Assembly: GCF_006345805.1 (NCBI RefSeq) | Contig: NW_021832229.1 | Coordinates: 154,845-218,844 of the forward strand | From: Octopus sinensis | Lineage: Eukaryota | DNA length: 64,000 nt | Reading direction: 5' to 3' | Shown: positions 1-12,184 of the stretch, piece after piece | How positions within the stretch are numbered: position 1 is the first letter of the stretch | Layout: each line of letters starts with the position of its first letter | The notes under the pieces: generated by a model | Seen by the model: the letters and a program-made list of their open reading frames with translations, nothing else | What the model was told of the DNA's origin: nothing | Databases searched by the model: none | Made by a program: the position numbers and the translations under genes

Positions 1-210
1 GTTTACTGCTGCTGTTAACTTTCAACAATTCGACAAGTTGTTTTCTGTTTTATTTGTTGCTTTTGGATAAATTTTTAAGCAATGATTAAACTTTTTTACA
101 TGGTAAACATCCCTAGTGTTCTTATTGCTGTTGATGTTGCTGTAGTTAGCAGTAGTGGTACTAGTAAATATTGCGTTTGTTGTATGTAATTTTCATATCT
201 AATATTACGG

Positions 211-394
211 CCTGTATGCCGGTTCGCATTATCAACGAACGGCGTTACACTGAAGACTGAAAAGTCCTGCAGCACATACAGGAAATGTGTTGAAGCTATG
301 GTAGACAATATCTTTACATGCATTAAATGGACCAATGGCATATCCTGTGTTGATTGTTGCGTCGGAAACTTATGTAACGAGAATGATTTCATTG
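211..394 (+). CDS. Probable internal exon encoding the C-terminal part of a Ly6/uPAR (three-finger, LU)-like Cys-rich domain
   Basis: Hand translation from 211: PVCRFALSTNGVTLKTEKSCSTYRKCVEAMVDNIFTCIKWTNGISCVDCCVGNLCNENDFI(G). It has 8 Cys and ends in the LU-type CCxxxxCN motif, followed by a strong donor G|GTAAGG at 394/395 (phase 1). The acceptor reads TTACGG instead of TTACAG, so the exon may be decayed. Confidence 0.5.
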
Positions 395-1270
395 GTAAGG
401 GTTATCTATTGCCTAATATAACACCACCAGCAGATTTATCACAAATTAATAGTTAATAAGAACATTGTATTGTAGTTAATATAAAGGAAGATATTTTGAT
501 GCGTGTATACGTGTGTGCATGTGTGTATATGTGTGTATGCACCTGCGGCAGTGCATACACAGATACACACTCACATACATATATTTATGTGTGTGTGTGT
601 GTATGCGTGTATATATTTTTGGGTTTTTCATTCGTTTTAGGTCCATTATCCACACATGCACTAATATTAATGAAATATTTTGAAGCCAACATTTTTTCTG
701 GATTAGAATGAAATTGAAGACGGCTGGTATTTACATAAAGGATGCTTAGCTACATGCATACAAGACATTAACTGTTCCGTTCCTTTGTTCCAACTATAAC
801 AACCTGAGACAAAAGTCTTAATTTTTCGTTCGAAGGTCATACTGCATCTACTATTTGAAGCCCCTGTTCCTATACGATTGCCAGTCTATCTATATAAACC
901 ACGACAAAAGCGGGGCGCGTTTTCTATATGTGCAGACAAATGAATGTCTATGTTTATAATATCTGTGTTTTAATGATAGTTCCGTTGCCCAATTTATATT
1001 TTAGCTTCATCTCCACAGTATAATTCAACCTTGACACTAAATGCAATTAGCTTTGCCAGAGAGCTACCATCTAGGCAGCAGTTCTCACAAATTTTGAGGC
1101 TGCAGGTTATTTTGCAGCCAGCACTTTCCATCTTTCTCCCATTCAGCTCCGCACCATTACAACCTTGGATATAACTTTAGAAAAGTTGTATATATATATA
1201 TATTTATATATATATATATATATATATGAATAAATGAAAGAATGGAGTCGAACGAAGATGTTAACAAAAT

Positions 1271-1366
1271 TCCTTTACTCTCGACACATGTTTCGAAGAC
1301 AGCATATTTTTATTCCGAAGGAATAAAGGGTGCATTATGCAATCTTCTCATCAGGAAAGAAAAGGA
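1271..1366 (-). ncRNA. Type I hammerhead ribozyme (inverted copy in the PLE 5' repeat)
   Basis: Reverse complement of 3595-3690, with no differences seen by eye. Confidence 0.8.
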
Positions 1367-2560
1367 GCCTCTCTCAACAACAAGACGAACAAAAATTTCG
1401 ATGATTGCCTACATGGTAACCAAAGCGATAATGAGTGTTTTATTAAGAAATTATACATTAATAGATAGCCGATTTGGTCGGAATATATATTCTTTATGAA
1501 ATGGCCGACCAATTCCCGGATATCTGTGGAGGTCTTTATCGCGACGATTGTCTGCTTTACCTCCAAAACGCTTCGAACCAAAAAATACAGAAGGTTAAGA
1601 ACAGATTAGTTAGGTTTTTTAGTAGAATGGGCTTGCGCATAGGTTTTGATGATGAATTAACTAAAGCCAACTTCTTTGACATTACCCTCAATCTGCAGAA
1701 TAACTCATACTTCCCTTATCATGAACCTTCTACTAATCTTAAGTATATCAGCGTTTTCAGTAATCATGCCAAGCCAATTACCGATAATTTAGTTAAAAAC
1801 ATATCTCTGAGACTGTCCAAATTATCTGCTAATGTCGACATCTTTAACCAAAAAGCAGAATTCTATAACGCCGCCTTGTCAAGAGCCGGTTATAAGGAAA
1901 AAAGTATCATACATCGATCCAGCTCATTCTAAACCAACATCTGCTTCTCAAGATAGTAAAGTTACTCGTAATAAGAATAATGATTTTAATTCTAATAGTG
2001 CCAGCACCCCTGTACATAGGATAAATCCTTTACGGACTAGGGGAGGTAAGCGCCATCCAACCCCAAATTTCCAACACAGAAATTTTCCCCTTACTATCAC
2101 AAATAACACTAGGAACAATTCAAAGTCCACAAAAAACTGTATCTGGTTTGTAATACCTTTCGGAAAACAAATCAAATCGAACCTTCCCTTACAGTTCCGT
2201 GAAGCCGTTGCTAGGAAATTTCACAGTAATTCTAGATATCATTCTATTATCAATTCACACAAGGTAAGAATCGCTTTCTCTAACACTAGGAATCTTTCAC
2301 AAATTATTTCTTCCCATAATACCAAGCTGCTAAACAAAAATTCTTCACCCGGGAGTTCCAACACTAATCTTACCAATTCCAACCCATCATACAATCATAA
2401 TAATAGAAATAGTATTAATAGTACCAGCATTGGTAGCAGCGATAGTGTTAACAATGATAATATTAATAATAATATTAGTCGGGTTAATAGCATTGGTAGT
2501 GTTGATGGTAACAACAATAACGGTATTATTGTCGGTGATATTGCTGGTTGTAGTACAATT

Positions 2561-2594
<34 letters not shown>

Positions 2595-3594
2595 GAAATA
2601 GTGTAGTTGTTAGCGCTAGTAATAATAAAAGCAACAATCATAACAATAAAAACTCCGTCTCGATCTCGGAGGACAACCCTAACAGATTAAAATTTTTGTC
2701 TAGTAATTCCAAAATTAAGAATTCCATTTACCAGTGTAGAATTTCTTCCGGTACCGATGCCTTCTTCTATATAGGGGCGACCACTTCTCAGTTATCCAAG
2801 AGAATTTCTAACCACTATTCGACATTCAGAGATAGGAAAAAACGGCATAGTACAGGGCTAAGTAAATTAGTTTGGCGTCTTAAAGACAGCAATATAACTT
2901 TCAAGTTGGATTGGTTCATATTGTCTGTATCCTTTCCTTTTGATAAGGGCAGAAGATTTTGTAACATTTGTAACTCTGAGCTCTTCCATATTCTTTTCGC
3001 TAAGGTTCCCCTAGTAAACACACTCATGGAAAAATCGTACAAATGTAAACATTGGCAGAAACACACTTTCTACTCATATAAATGATAACGATAGCCACTG
3101 TGGTTTTAACAATTAGCTTCACGTCCACACCACTGCTATAGACAAATTCTTTCCTATGCCTCCGAACATTCTTTCAATCAACGTACACTTCCCCTTCCCT
3201 ACCTATTACTCCTTTATATATTCCCTTACTACTACATATCTTTGACATATGTTTCTCTCTCTCACACACATAATCACACACACAGACACAAATATTCCCT
3301 TACTGCTACGTAACTTTGACGTATGTCTCTCTCTCACACACACAGACACAAATGTAGTTATATACACACACATACACACACACACAAACACTCGCACTCA
3401 TTAACACAAGCACACACCCACACATTTTCATACATACAGCAAGCATACTGTCCCCTACCTATTTTTACTTCCTCCTACTATCCATTTTTGACGTCAATGC
3501 TTATAACGGATTTTAAAAAAAAACACTCATTATCGCTTTGGTTACCATGTAGGCAATCATCGAAATTTTTGTTCGTCTTGTTGTTGAGAGAGGC

Positions 3595-3690
3595 TCCTTT
3601 TCTTTCCTGATGAGAAGATTGCATAATGCACCCTTTATTCCTTCGGAATAAAAATATGCTGTCTTCGAAACATGTGTCGAGAGTAAAGGA
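3595..3690 (+). ncRNA. Type I hammerhead ribozyme in the PLE pseudo-LTR
   Basis: Stem I TCCTTTTCTTTC / GAGAGTAAAGGA. Core CTGATGA at 3607-3613. Stem II GAAGATTGCATA...TATGCTGTCTTC with an inner TTTATTCC-TTCG-GAATAAA hairpin. GAAA at 3667-3670. Minimal stem III with palindromic ACATGT and GTC cleavage triplet at 3676-3678. Hammerheads in PLE repeats are established. Confidence 0.85.
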
Positions 3691-3876
3691 ATTTTGTTAA
3701 CATCTTCGTTCGACTCCATTCTTTCATTTATTCATATACAACACACACATTTCTACACAAGAACCCGGAGTTTCTACCCTTGACAGGTCGCTTCAACCGT
3801 GTTTTCTGACGTGAATTTGCTACCCAGGTTTCGGTTAAACGAATTTTCCATGCTGACGATAAACATAGGATAATAC

Positions 3877-3923
<47 letters not shown>

Positions 3924-3994
3924 ATATATATATATATATATTATTATATATATATATTATATATATATTATATATATATATGTATATATATATA

Positions 3995-4063
<69 letters not shown>

Positions 4064-4160
4064 TCTTGGGCAAGTGTCTTCTGCTATAGCCTCGGGCCGA
4101 CCAATGCCTTGTGAGTAGATTGGTTGATGGAAACTGAAAGAAGCCTGTCGTATATATGAT

Positions 4161-4195
<35 letters not shown>

Positions 4196-4412
4196 TTGTG
4201 TGTATGTGTTTGTCCCCCTAGCATTGCTTGACAACCGATGCTGGTGTGTTTATGTCCCCGTAACTTAGCGGTTCGGCAAAAGAGACCGATAGAATAAGTA
4301 TTGGGCTTACAAAGAATAAGTCCCAGGGTTGATTTGCTCGACTAAAGGCGGTGCTCCAGCATGGCCGCAGTCAAATGATTGAAACAAGTAAAAGAATAAA
4401 AGAATAAAAGAA
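4064..4412 (+). mobile_element. CORE-type tRNA-derived SINE, head lost, with an internal (TA)/(TG) microsatellite
   Basis: CTTGGGCAAGTGTCTT core-like block. The same family head is seen in reverse at 41490-41637. Ends in an (AAAGAAT)n tail. Confidence 0.7.
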
Positions 4413-4458
4413 TATATATATATACATATATATATACATATATATATATATATTATAT

Positions 4459-4533
<75 letters not shown>

Positions 4534-4722
4534 CAGGCGTTGGAGAAAATAATGGAAGCACCTTAAAATTTCAAACATGTTTATTTTAATATGAGGTAGT
4601 ACCGCCTTTGGCAGTAATTACACCTTGAATTCTACGAGGTATGGTACCATACAAATTTTGATTTGTTCCAAAGGAATTTGTGTCCATTCTTCAGCTAAAA
4701 CAGTCTCCAATTCTTGCAAACA
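4534..4722 (-). mobile_element. Terminal fragment of a Tc1-like DNA transposon (diverged relative of 6100-7215)
   Basis: TA|CAGGCGTTGGAGAAAATAATGGAAGCACC TIR plus ~190 bp alignable to 6100-6290. Confidence 0.75.
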
Positions 4723-5099
4723 ACAGGATAACAGATAACAGAATAATACAACTTTGTCAACCTTATGTGAACTCCCTACAGACTCAATAAAGAAATTAAA
4801 GAACGCGGTAAGAGAAGCACAAAATTTTACATCACATAAATCTTACATAGAATAAGTATTTGGTGAAGTTTGATACAGGAATGTGTTGAGATGAACATTG
4901 ATTTTAGTAATGCAATCAGATGCAATACTGAAACAGAAGAATACAGAGACAACGACCGCCGAACTCACCACTGAAATTAAAAGTGACAACAGAATATACG
5001 AAAAAACGTGAATTAATTAATGAAAGGAAATAATCGGTTTGAAAAAAAAAACGAGAATAATGAAGACAATCCACATAGTCCTAAAAACAAAGGGGACTC

Positions 5100-5950
5100 A
5101 ACGATTTGACAAATACACAGCGAGAACAATCTGATAATTGAAACTCCCTGGTAAAATAATGTTTAGAAACTGTTCAACGAAAAGGATAGCCACTTATAAA
5201 AGAAATACGTAATACAAAGCATATAAATAGAGATGAAATATAAAAAATCATTCATCTAAAGATGATAGCTTTATGAAGCTTGAATTAAGGGAACAGGAGT
5301 GATGTATAAACAATACTTGCTTCTGCTTTCGGTTATAAAATGGAACATTGGAATGGCATATTTACGCATGTCTTTGTGAAACTTAAAAAAGCCAAAATTC
5401 CGATCTTATATACGAGTAATCTTGATTAGTCTATGTAATCTTCTTCTAGCTAAAAAAAGATTATGAAAATTTATTCCATTTTAGAAGGAAAATCCTACAA
5501 CGTCACCATATTATTCGAATAGTCGTTAGATTTCATTCTGGAAACACTACAAAATAAATTCATCCACTTGGAGATAGGGTTGTATAGAAACAATAGCCTA
5601 GCATTCTCTGAAACCAGGGTAAGTATGGATGAGAGATATTTAGAAAAGATTTAATGAATAGTTTTGAAGAATTCAACCTCAGAGCAGCCATCCAAAGAAA
5701 TCTTCCAATAATCGACATCCTGGACAAAGCAATATTTTCTCCAGAATAGTACTATCCCGAAAGAAGACTCAAATAAAGGGATACTACATATAAACAATGT
5801 ACCATATTCTTCAAGACACCACTTCATGCTCAGTGTGTCAAATGTGGTGAAATATTCATTAATATTAACCACCAAACATTCGTCAATTGATATTTTGCGT
5901 AGAATAATCTCATTTACGGAAACAACACAAATGATAATTAAAAGTTTCAC
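5100..5950 (+). mobile_element. Highly decayed Penelope-like RT remnant
   Basis: GLYRNNSLAF at 5577-5606 (decayed GLYRDDGL motif) within stop-riddled, RT-like sequence. Boundaries approximate. Confidence 0.4.
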
Positions 5951-6099
5951 GTGATACCAACAGCATAACATCTGCATTATGAATAACGAAATAGCTGGCA
6001 ACCAACCGCCTAAAACAGCTGGAAACAGTAAAGTTCCTAAACGCTTTCATTTAAGTATAATTGCTTAAGAAAAGAAACGATCTAGAAGACTGTGAAATA

Positions 6100-7215
6100 C
6101 AGGGTTTGTACAAAATAATGGAAACACCTTAAAATTTCAAACAAATTTATTTGAATATAGGGTAGGACCGCCTTTGGCAGTAATTACAGCTTGAAGTCTT
6201 CGAGGTAGGGACTCGTACAAAGTTTGAATTGTTCCCAAAGGAATTTTTGTCCATTCTTCAACTAAAACAGCCTCCAGTTCTTGTAGTGATGATGGTGAAT
6301 GATATCAACTCCTTACTTGTTTTTTTTTAAATGTACAATAAATGTTTAAAAATATTGAGATCTGGGGACTGTGGTGGCCAGGTAAGATGGTCAACTGCAC
6401 TAGAATGTTCCTCGCTCCATTTAGTAACAACTTTAGCTGTGGGAATTGGTGCATTATCATCTGAAAGATAGGATTTCCCTCTAGAAACAGTTCCGCAAGC
6501 ATAGGATGAATTTGATCAGATAAAATGCTTAAATAGTTTTCACTATTAGTTCTGCCATGAAGGGAAACCATTGGGCCGGCGGATTTCCAAGATATACCTC
6601 ACCAGATCATCACATACTCCTCCATGTTTAACAGTTGGAAGAAGAAGGCTGGGTCAAATGCTTCTTTTGGCTGTCTCTGCAAGCATACTCGACCAGTGGT
6701 TGGAAACAGGGTAAAGGATGACACGTCCGAGAAAATAACATTCTTCTACTGATCTAGGAACCATTTCGGTAGGTTTTAATTCTCTCTAAACGCTTTGCAA
6801 AGTTTGTTTTTGAAAGTAATGGTTTTCTGATTGCAACCCTCCCGTGAAATCCGACTTTGTGCAGCTCTCGCAAACAGTTTTTGTGAAAATTAGGTTCTCG
6901 AGGTGGTCATTAAGCTCTGCAGTAATTTTGGGAGCTGTACTTTTATGATCCTTTCTAGCAATTCGCTCGCACTTGCCATACGAGCCCTAACAATTTGACT
7001 TCTTTGAAATACCGATTGATCTGTTACTTTAATGAATTCTAGTTACCTTTTCCTGGTGATATCTGAAAAGAAACAGCAATTTTAGCAAAAGATATTAAAC
7101 AACACTAATAATAAATAAAAAACATTAAAATGTACAAGCTTTTGACGGTTTTATAGATATTTCAAAATTATAATGCTACGATACTAGGTGTTTCCAATAT
7201 TTTGTCCAGTCCCTG
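6100..7215 (-). mobile_element. Decayed Tc1/mariner (Tc1-type) transposon
   Basis: TIRs CAGGGTTTGTACAAAATAATGGAAACACC and (reverse complement) CAGGGACTGGACAAAATATTGGAAACACC, with a TA target duplication. Minus-strand remnants FQ(D)DNAPI.TAK and WPPQSPDLNIFKHL, with frameshifts and stops. Confidence 0.9.
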
Positions 7216-7872
7216 TAGTTTTTTTATATACAAGTTACAACATGGCAACGCGGGGAACGTTTAAAGAAAGATACCCAAAGCATGTACACTTATTCTGAAA
7301 CGTACATCAGTGTAATGCAATATCTGCTGTCTGAAACGTACAAAGATATAATGCAATCCTTTCGGAGTGTAAATACGAAGACAACCTGAAAAATAATAAA
7401 TATGCCATCCATTTATGTAAGTTGTCCAGGGAAATGAAGTCTATGAGCGTAGAAAATTTAATATTGTATCACAAAGTTTAATTTCTCCAAAAGAAAAATT
7501 AGATCTTTACCAAGAGACGACGTAAAAATTGTTTAATATTAAAGATTGGAGTTGAAAATTATAAAAGACGTAGAAGTAGAACGGCAAAACATAATAATAT
7601 TCAACAAACAGCTACTAGTGTAGCAAATAACTATCCATTAAAACGCACTGACCAATGAAAACGAACCTCAATTCTAATAGATGTGGGAATAAACACTCTG
7701 TACCATGTATTCATTATAGTTCTCTTTCGTTTACAAACTGTAGCACACATACATACATGCACATATATTGACCCAGTGCGTGTTTGTTAGATATTATCGT
7801 AATTATCCTCCTAAGGTACAACAAAATCTGTTTCGGAATACGTGTTCACATCAAGAATCTTGCAAACCAACT

Positions 7873-7920
<48 letters not shown>

Positions 7921-9589
7921 GGAAAATGAACCTACAACAATACTGTACATACAGCTACATATACATTCATGTATAGACTACAATGCATCCATTGAGAGAT
8001 GTAGATAAATATACATACATCCTTTCATAAATCCATGTTACTATGCACACTTTCAAATCTACATACAACCATACACATCTTTAACAGAATAGAATGAAAC
8101 AATCCATTCTTTTATACAATATAAATATGGTTATTCCTTTCAGAAAATAATCCCGAACCAAAATTGCTAATATTTTACAAAATAGTCCTGCTAACTTATT
8201 CGGTACCGTTAGTTAATGAAACGATTTTATTGAATATAAATTGCATTGTTCATCCATAATATTTGTATAGAGACATCTTTTTACGTATAAAAAAAATAGT
8301 TCATAGCAATTGCTGGCTTTGAATATATAAATATATAAAGTATACTACCCAGGGATTAATGTGCTTAAAATTTAATATTTTATATGATTTTCTCATTGTG
8401 TTTCCAGGTTCAAGTTCTGGTTATGAAATAGAGGATAGAACAGCAGAAATAAACTCATAAGTGAAAACTGAAAAAGTGCTTCCAAGAATCGTCTTAGTAT
8501 TTTACGCCATACAATAATGTTTTCTCCATATATAATATTGAATATATTTCCTTGTAAATAAAATATATTTGTACCTTTCAATGCAACACTATGCAACCGA
8601 GCCATTGTATAACCTGCAATAATTCAATTTAGACAAGTTTCAGGGCCTCATTATTGCTTGAAACAGAGGAAAATAGAAAATGCTGTTACCTTGCGCACGT
8701 AAACGAAAGCAATTTATTCTAATCACTTGCCTTTGTCTGTTATCTGTTTTCGTAAAATTGCTGGAAAGCGGATGAAATGATTTTTATCACGTTTTGCAGA
8801 AATACTCATTGTGTGAGTGGCTCGAAATGATGAACATTTGGTTTGATTATCTTTAAAAACAAATCGAACAAATTTCCAGATAAGCAACCGGTCATATTAT
8901 TTAGTTCACCTTCATTTTTATGTGAATCGACCCTCCTTTGAGTGTGTACGTATGTGACCATGGTGTATGTATGTGATCATGGTGTACGTATGTGTTCATG
9001 GTGTACGTATATGCCTAGATATTTGTGAGTACATACATAAATATGCGATTCTGTGTGTGTGTGTATGTGTGTGTGTGTGTGAGTACAACGATGAATTTCA
9101 GTTTTATGTTTATTTACGACTTGATTTCTTGATTTCAAGGGAGTATAAATACCTATAATGTCGATACTTAAAAACAAATTAAAATAAGTCGAACTTACAA
9201 ATTTCCGGATAAGCAAATGGTCATATTATTTTTCTCACTTTTTCTTCTTTTTGTTTCCAAATATGATTCGCTTCTAATACACCTTTAGTCAAACACTTAC
9301 AAAGCTTAATTCTGTTCAATTTAAAAGCATGGGTAAGTAAGGCATTGTAAGCCACACTATGATTTACGAAAATAAATAACTGCGTGTAGCGTATGCATCG
9401 CCCCTCCGATGCCTTTTTAGTTTCATTTGATTTCAAGCTTTATTGATATTCTTTCCTATTTCTAATTTCATGATATCAATGTAAGCTTTAAATTTGTTAA
9501 ATAAAGGGATTAATCTGACTTGTGGCTATCTTCGTTTTTTAGGTGTAATACTGGAATACTACAGTCTAAGTTCTAATAGCGCCTGGAGA

Positions 9590-10910
9590 GGCTGTGATTT
9601 TATCAGTTATTTTAAACATTCCACAAAAAACACTGAGCCGCTTCTTTGTGGATATAATCAGTTCATTAACAGGAAAGTCAACATCGTACGTGAAGAATTC
9701 CACCCACTTCACAGAATTGATCAAGGATACCCCCATTGAATCCAACCAGATGCTGAGTCTAGATGTGATAAGCCTGTTCACCAAAGTCCCAACTGGTGAA
9801 GCACTCGCGGTGATACAAGAAAAACTAGTGACAGACACCCATCGAAACGAACGCACTAGTATACCAATAAGAAACTTGATGGAAATGGTGACCTTCTGTG
9901 TAGAAACAACCTACTTCAGTATGGACACTGATATATATCGACAAGAAGAGGGTTTAGCTATGGGTTCGCCATTATCACTGGTAATAGCCAATATATACAT
10001 GGAATACTTTGAGAGTTTGGCTTTAGGATCAACATCACTAACACCAACACCATGGCTACTATATGTTAATGACACCTTTATACTCTGGCCCCACCAGGAA
10101 GATGTCCAAGTGCTGTTAGATCATGTGAAGTCAATAAAGCCATCCATACAGTTAACAATGGAAAAGGAAGCAGACAATCAGTTGGCATTCTTGGACGTAT
10201 TAATAACACGCACCAAGTATGGATTCAGGACATCCGTATACCGCAAGCCGACCTTTACCGGACGATACTTCAACTTCAATTCCTACCATTCATACTGTGT
10301 AAAGGGAGGGATTGCTCAGTGCCTAAAACATCGTGCAAAAAATATAAGTAGCGATCGTGATAACACCAAGCTCAATAACGATCTGTTAAGCAACAACTAC
10401 CACAAAAGTATACTATCCACTCCAGTTATGAAGAAGAAAGAGGACGAGGCCAATAAACTGTCTACAGTCTGTCTACCCTATGTGAAAGGCCTCTATGAAA
10501 ATATAAAAAAGATATGCAGCCCATATGACATCAGAACAGTATTCAAGAATGATACAATACTTCGCAAATAAATCCTTTGAGTAAAACCACCAATAGGAGA
10601 GGATATGACCAAAGACTGCGTGTACTCCATCGTATGCAGCTGTGGTAGGTTATACAAAGGCGAAACATGGCGCCTCCTCAAAATAAGGGTAGAGGAACAT
10701 CGCAAAGCTGTGACACGAGGAGATATTGATAAATCGGGTATAGCTGATCATGTGTGGAAAAATGGAAACCACCTCCCCCTGTAGGATGAAGTTAAAATAA
10801 TAGACAGAGAACACCACTGGAAAATACGAAAACTAAAAGAAGCAGCACATATGCTAGGACACAACAACCCCCTAAGTAGACCGACTGCAGCATATGAGAA
10901 TCGGTATTAA
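9590..10910 (+). mobile_element. Decayed Penelope/Poseidon-type element: RT plus GIY-YIG
   Basis: ORF 9594-10571 has LDVISLFTKVP, GLAMGSPLS, YVND (catalytic Asp lost), FLDV, VYRKPTFTGRY. The same frame continues past stops into CVYSIVCSCGRLYKGET...RVEEH...SGIADHVW. Confidence 0.9.
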
Positions 10911-10968
10911 GGAAGGATAGAAAAATTTTAGATTTATAAGCCCTAAAATTCACTCCATAATTGCCTAT

Positions 10969-11043
10969 GGGCATATGGCGTAGTTTTTAAGAGCGCGGGC
11001 TACTAATACCAAGATTCCGAGTTCGATTCCAAGCAGTGACCTG
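10969..11043 (+). other. tRNA-derived sequence (SINE-like head with Pol III A and B boxes), not a functional tRNA
   Basis: A-box-like TGGCGTAGTTTTTAAG and B box GTTCGATTCC at 11021-11030. Acceptor and anticodon stems are imperfect. Followed by (AAT)n. Confidence 0.6.
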
Positions 11044-11350
11044 AACAATAATAATAATAACATTGAAAAATACCTTAGGAATGAAAATCCAGGTTCGAAA
11101 TTTCCCCAAGACACTTGAAGAAGGCTGGTAGGTGTATCAGTCGAAATGTTGTGTTAACACCAAACAAGATCGAATATATATAATTCCAGTAAAAAGTCGA
11201 AATTTTGCAAGATATATCTAGGTGATTAGATTTGTACTCATTTATCTAATTAGCACTATCAGGTCTTTCAACTGTCAATAATCCAGCAATGAACTTAATC
11301 CAGTTATGAACATTTCACAAACAGTTACAATCCAATCAAGAAACTAAGTA

Positions 11351-11518
11351 CCGTATTTTCCGGTCTATAAAACGCGTCGGCATTGAAGCCGCTCGGCCGA
11401 ATTTTGGGGAAAATTTTGGTTCTATCCTCACATAAAGCCCACCGGTGTTTTATAAAGCTACCTTTGTAATTGTTGATGTGTATGTAGTTTCAAAATGTTT
11501 TATTCTTCAACTATGAGA
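11351..11518. mobile_element. Left end of a pogo/Tigger-like MITE; right TIR at 18527-18551 and ~34953-34977
   Basis: TA|CCGTATTTTCCGGTCTATAA at 11349. Reverse complement GCGGCTTATACACCGGAAAATACGG|TA in copies B and C. Internal sequence shared between 11405-11518 and 18075-18210. Confidence 0.7.
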
Positions 11519-11829
11519 TCTATCGAACGTATTTCAACACACAAGGATACAACACATCCGACTTAACAGGATACCAGTCTGTCGCAATGTTAACCCCTGG
11601 TTAATGCTGGTACTTTTCAGATGAGTGCACTGGAAGTGTCTTTCTCGTGGACACAACTTACCGAAACAATAAATGCATACGCCTATATGTGTGTGTGTGC
11701 GCGCTTATGTACATATCCGTGTGTATGTGTGTGTATTTTTGTATGCATGTACACACACACACATAATCTTTTATTCTTTTATTCTTTCGCTTATTTAAAG
11801 GTGAATTTAAAAGTCGTTATGCATACCAC

Positions 11830-12140
11830 ATAATCCCCTTCCGATATAGGACAAAAGTAAAGCTACGAAACTGGCTAAGTTTAGAAGAAAACGAAACACC
11901 ACATGTGACTGGATGGGAAGTAATCCATAACTTATGTTAATGGATCAAAAAATATAAGCATTGTTTAGCTGAAAGAGTGCATATCCTGTTCAGATCTAAG
12001 ATGCTTAATTCTCTATTGGACTCTAGGTCAGGAATTTTCAGTCATTGTCAAGTATAAATATATTTTGAAGAACTGGAAAATTCAGTCTATTCTTGATTAG
12101 ATATTTGATATCTTTTTAGCCTTATAATTCAAGGTCTAAC
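11830..12140 (-). pseudogene. Decayed intronless LRR / LRR-CT fragment (TLR-ectodomain-like); copies at ~19000-19320 and ~35430-35750
   Basis: Minus strand reads LKIPDLESNRELSILDLNRICTLSAKQCLYFLIH*HKLWITSHPVTCGVS, resembling LxxLxLxxN repeats followed by LxxLxLxxNPxxCxC. Contains stops and indels. Confidence 0.4.
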
Positions 12141-12184
12141 AAGGAGACCTTTAAATGCTGTTTTTACTTTTCCCTTTTCTCATT

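Larger units (their letters stand above)
1224..3880 (+). mobile_element. 5'-truncated Penelope-like element (GLYRDD-type RT, C-terminal GIY-YIG endonuclease) with an inverted pseudo-LTR copy at its 5' end, inserted in (TA)n
   Basis: RT fragment 1474-1932 (GGLYRDD at ~1528-1548; NFFDITLNL; SNH). ORF 1832-3085 ends in a GIY-YIG domain (SIYQC...FFYIGATT...KRISNH...LSKLVWRLK...CNICNSE...CKH). A single extra A in the A6 run at 1898-1903 separates the two frames. 1224-1441 is the reverse complement of 3520-3738. (TA)n flanks both sides. Confidence 0.9.

Noticed and set aside
707-790. Short Cys-containing frame NEIEDGWYLHKGCLATCIQDINCS after an AG
   Set aside because: Phase 0 is incompatible with the phase-1 donor at 394, there is no donor site, and it is too short to distinguish from chance.
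10969-11043. Functional tRNA gene
   Set aside because: Cloverleaf stems are imperfect and it is embedded in a retroelement end. Treated as tRNA-derived only.
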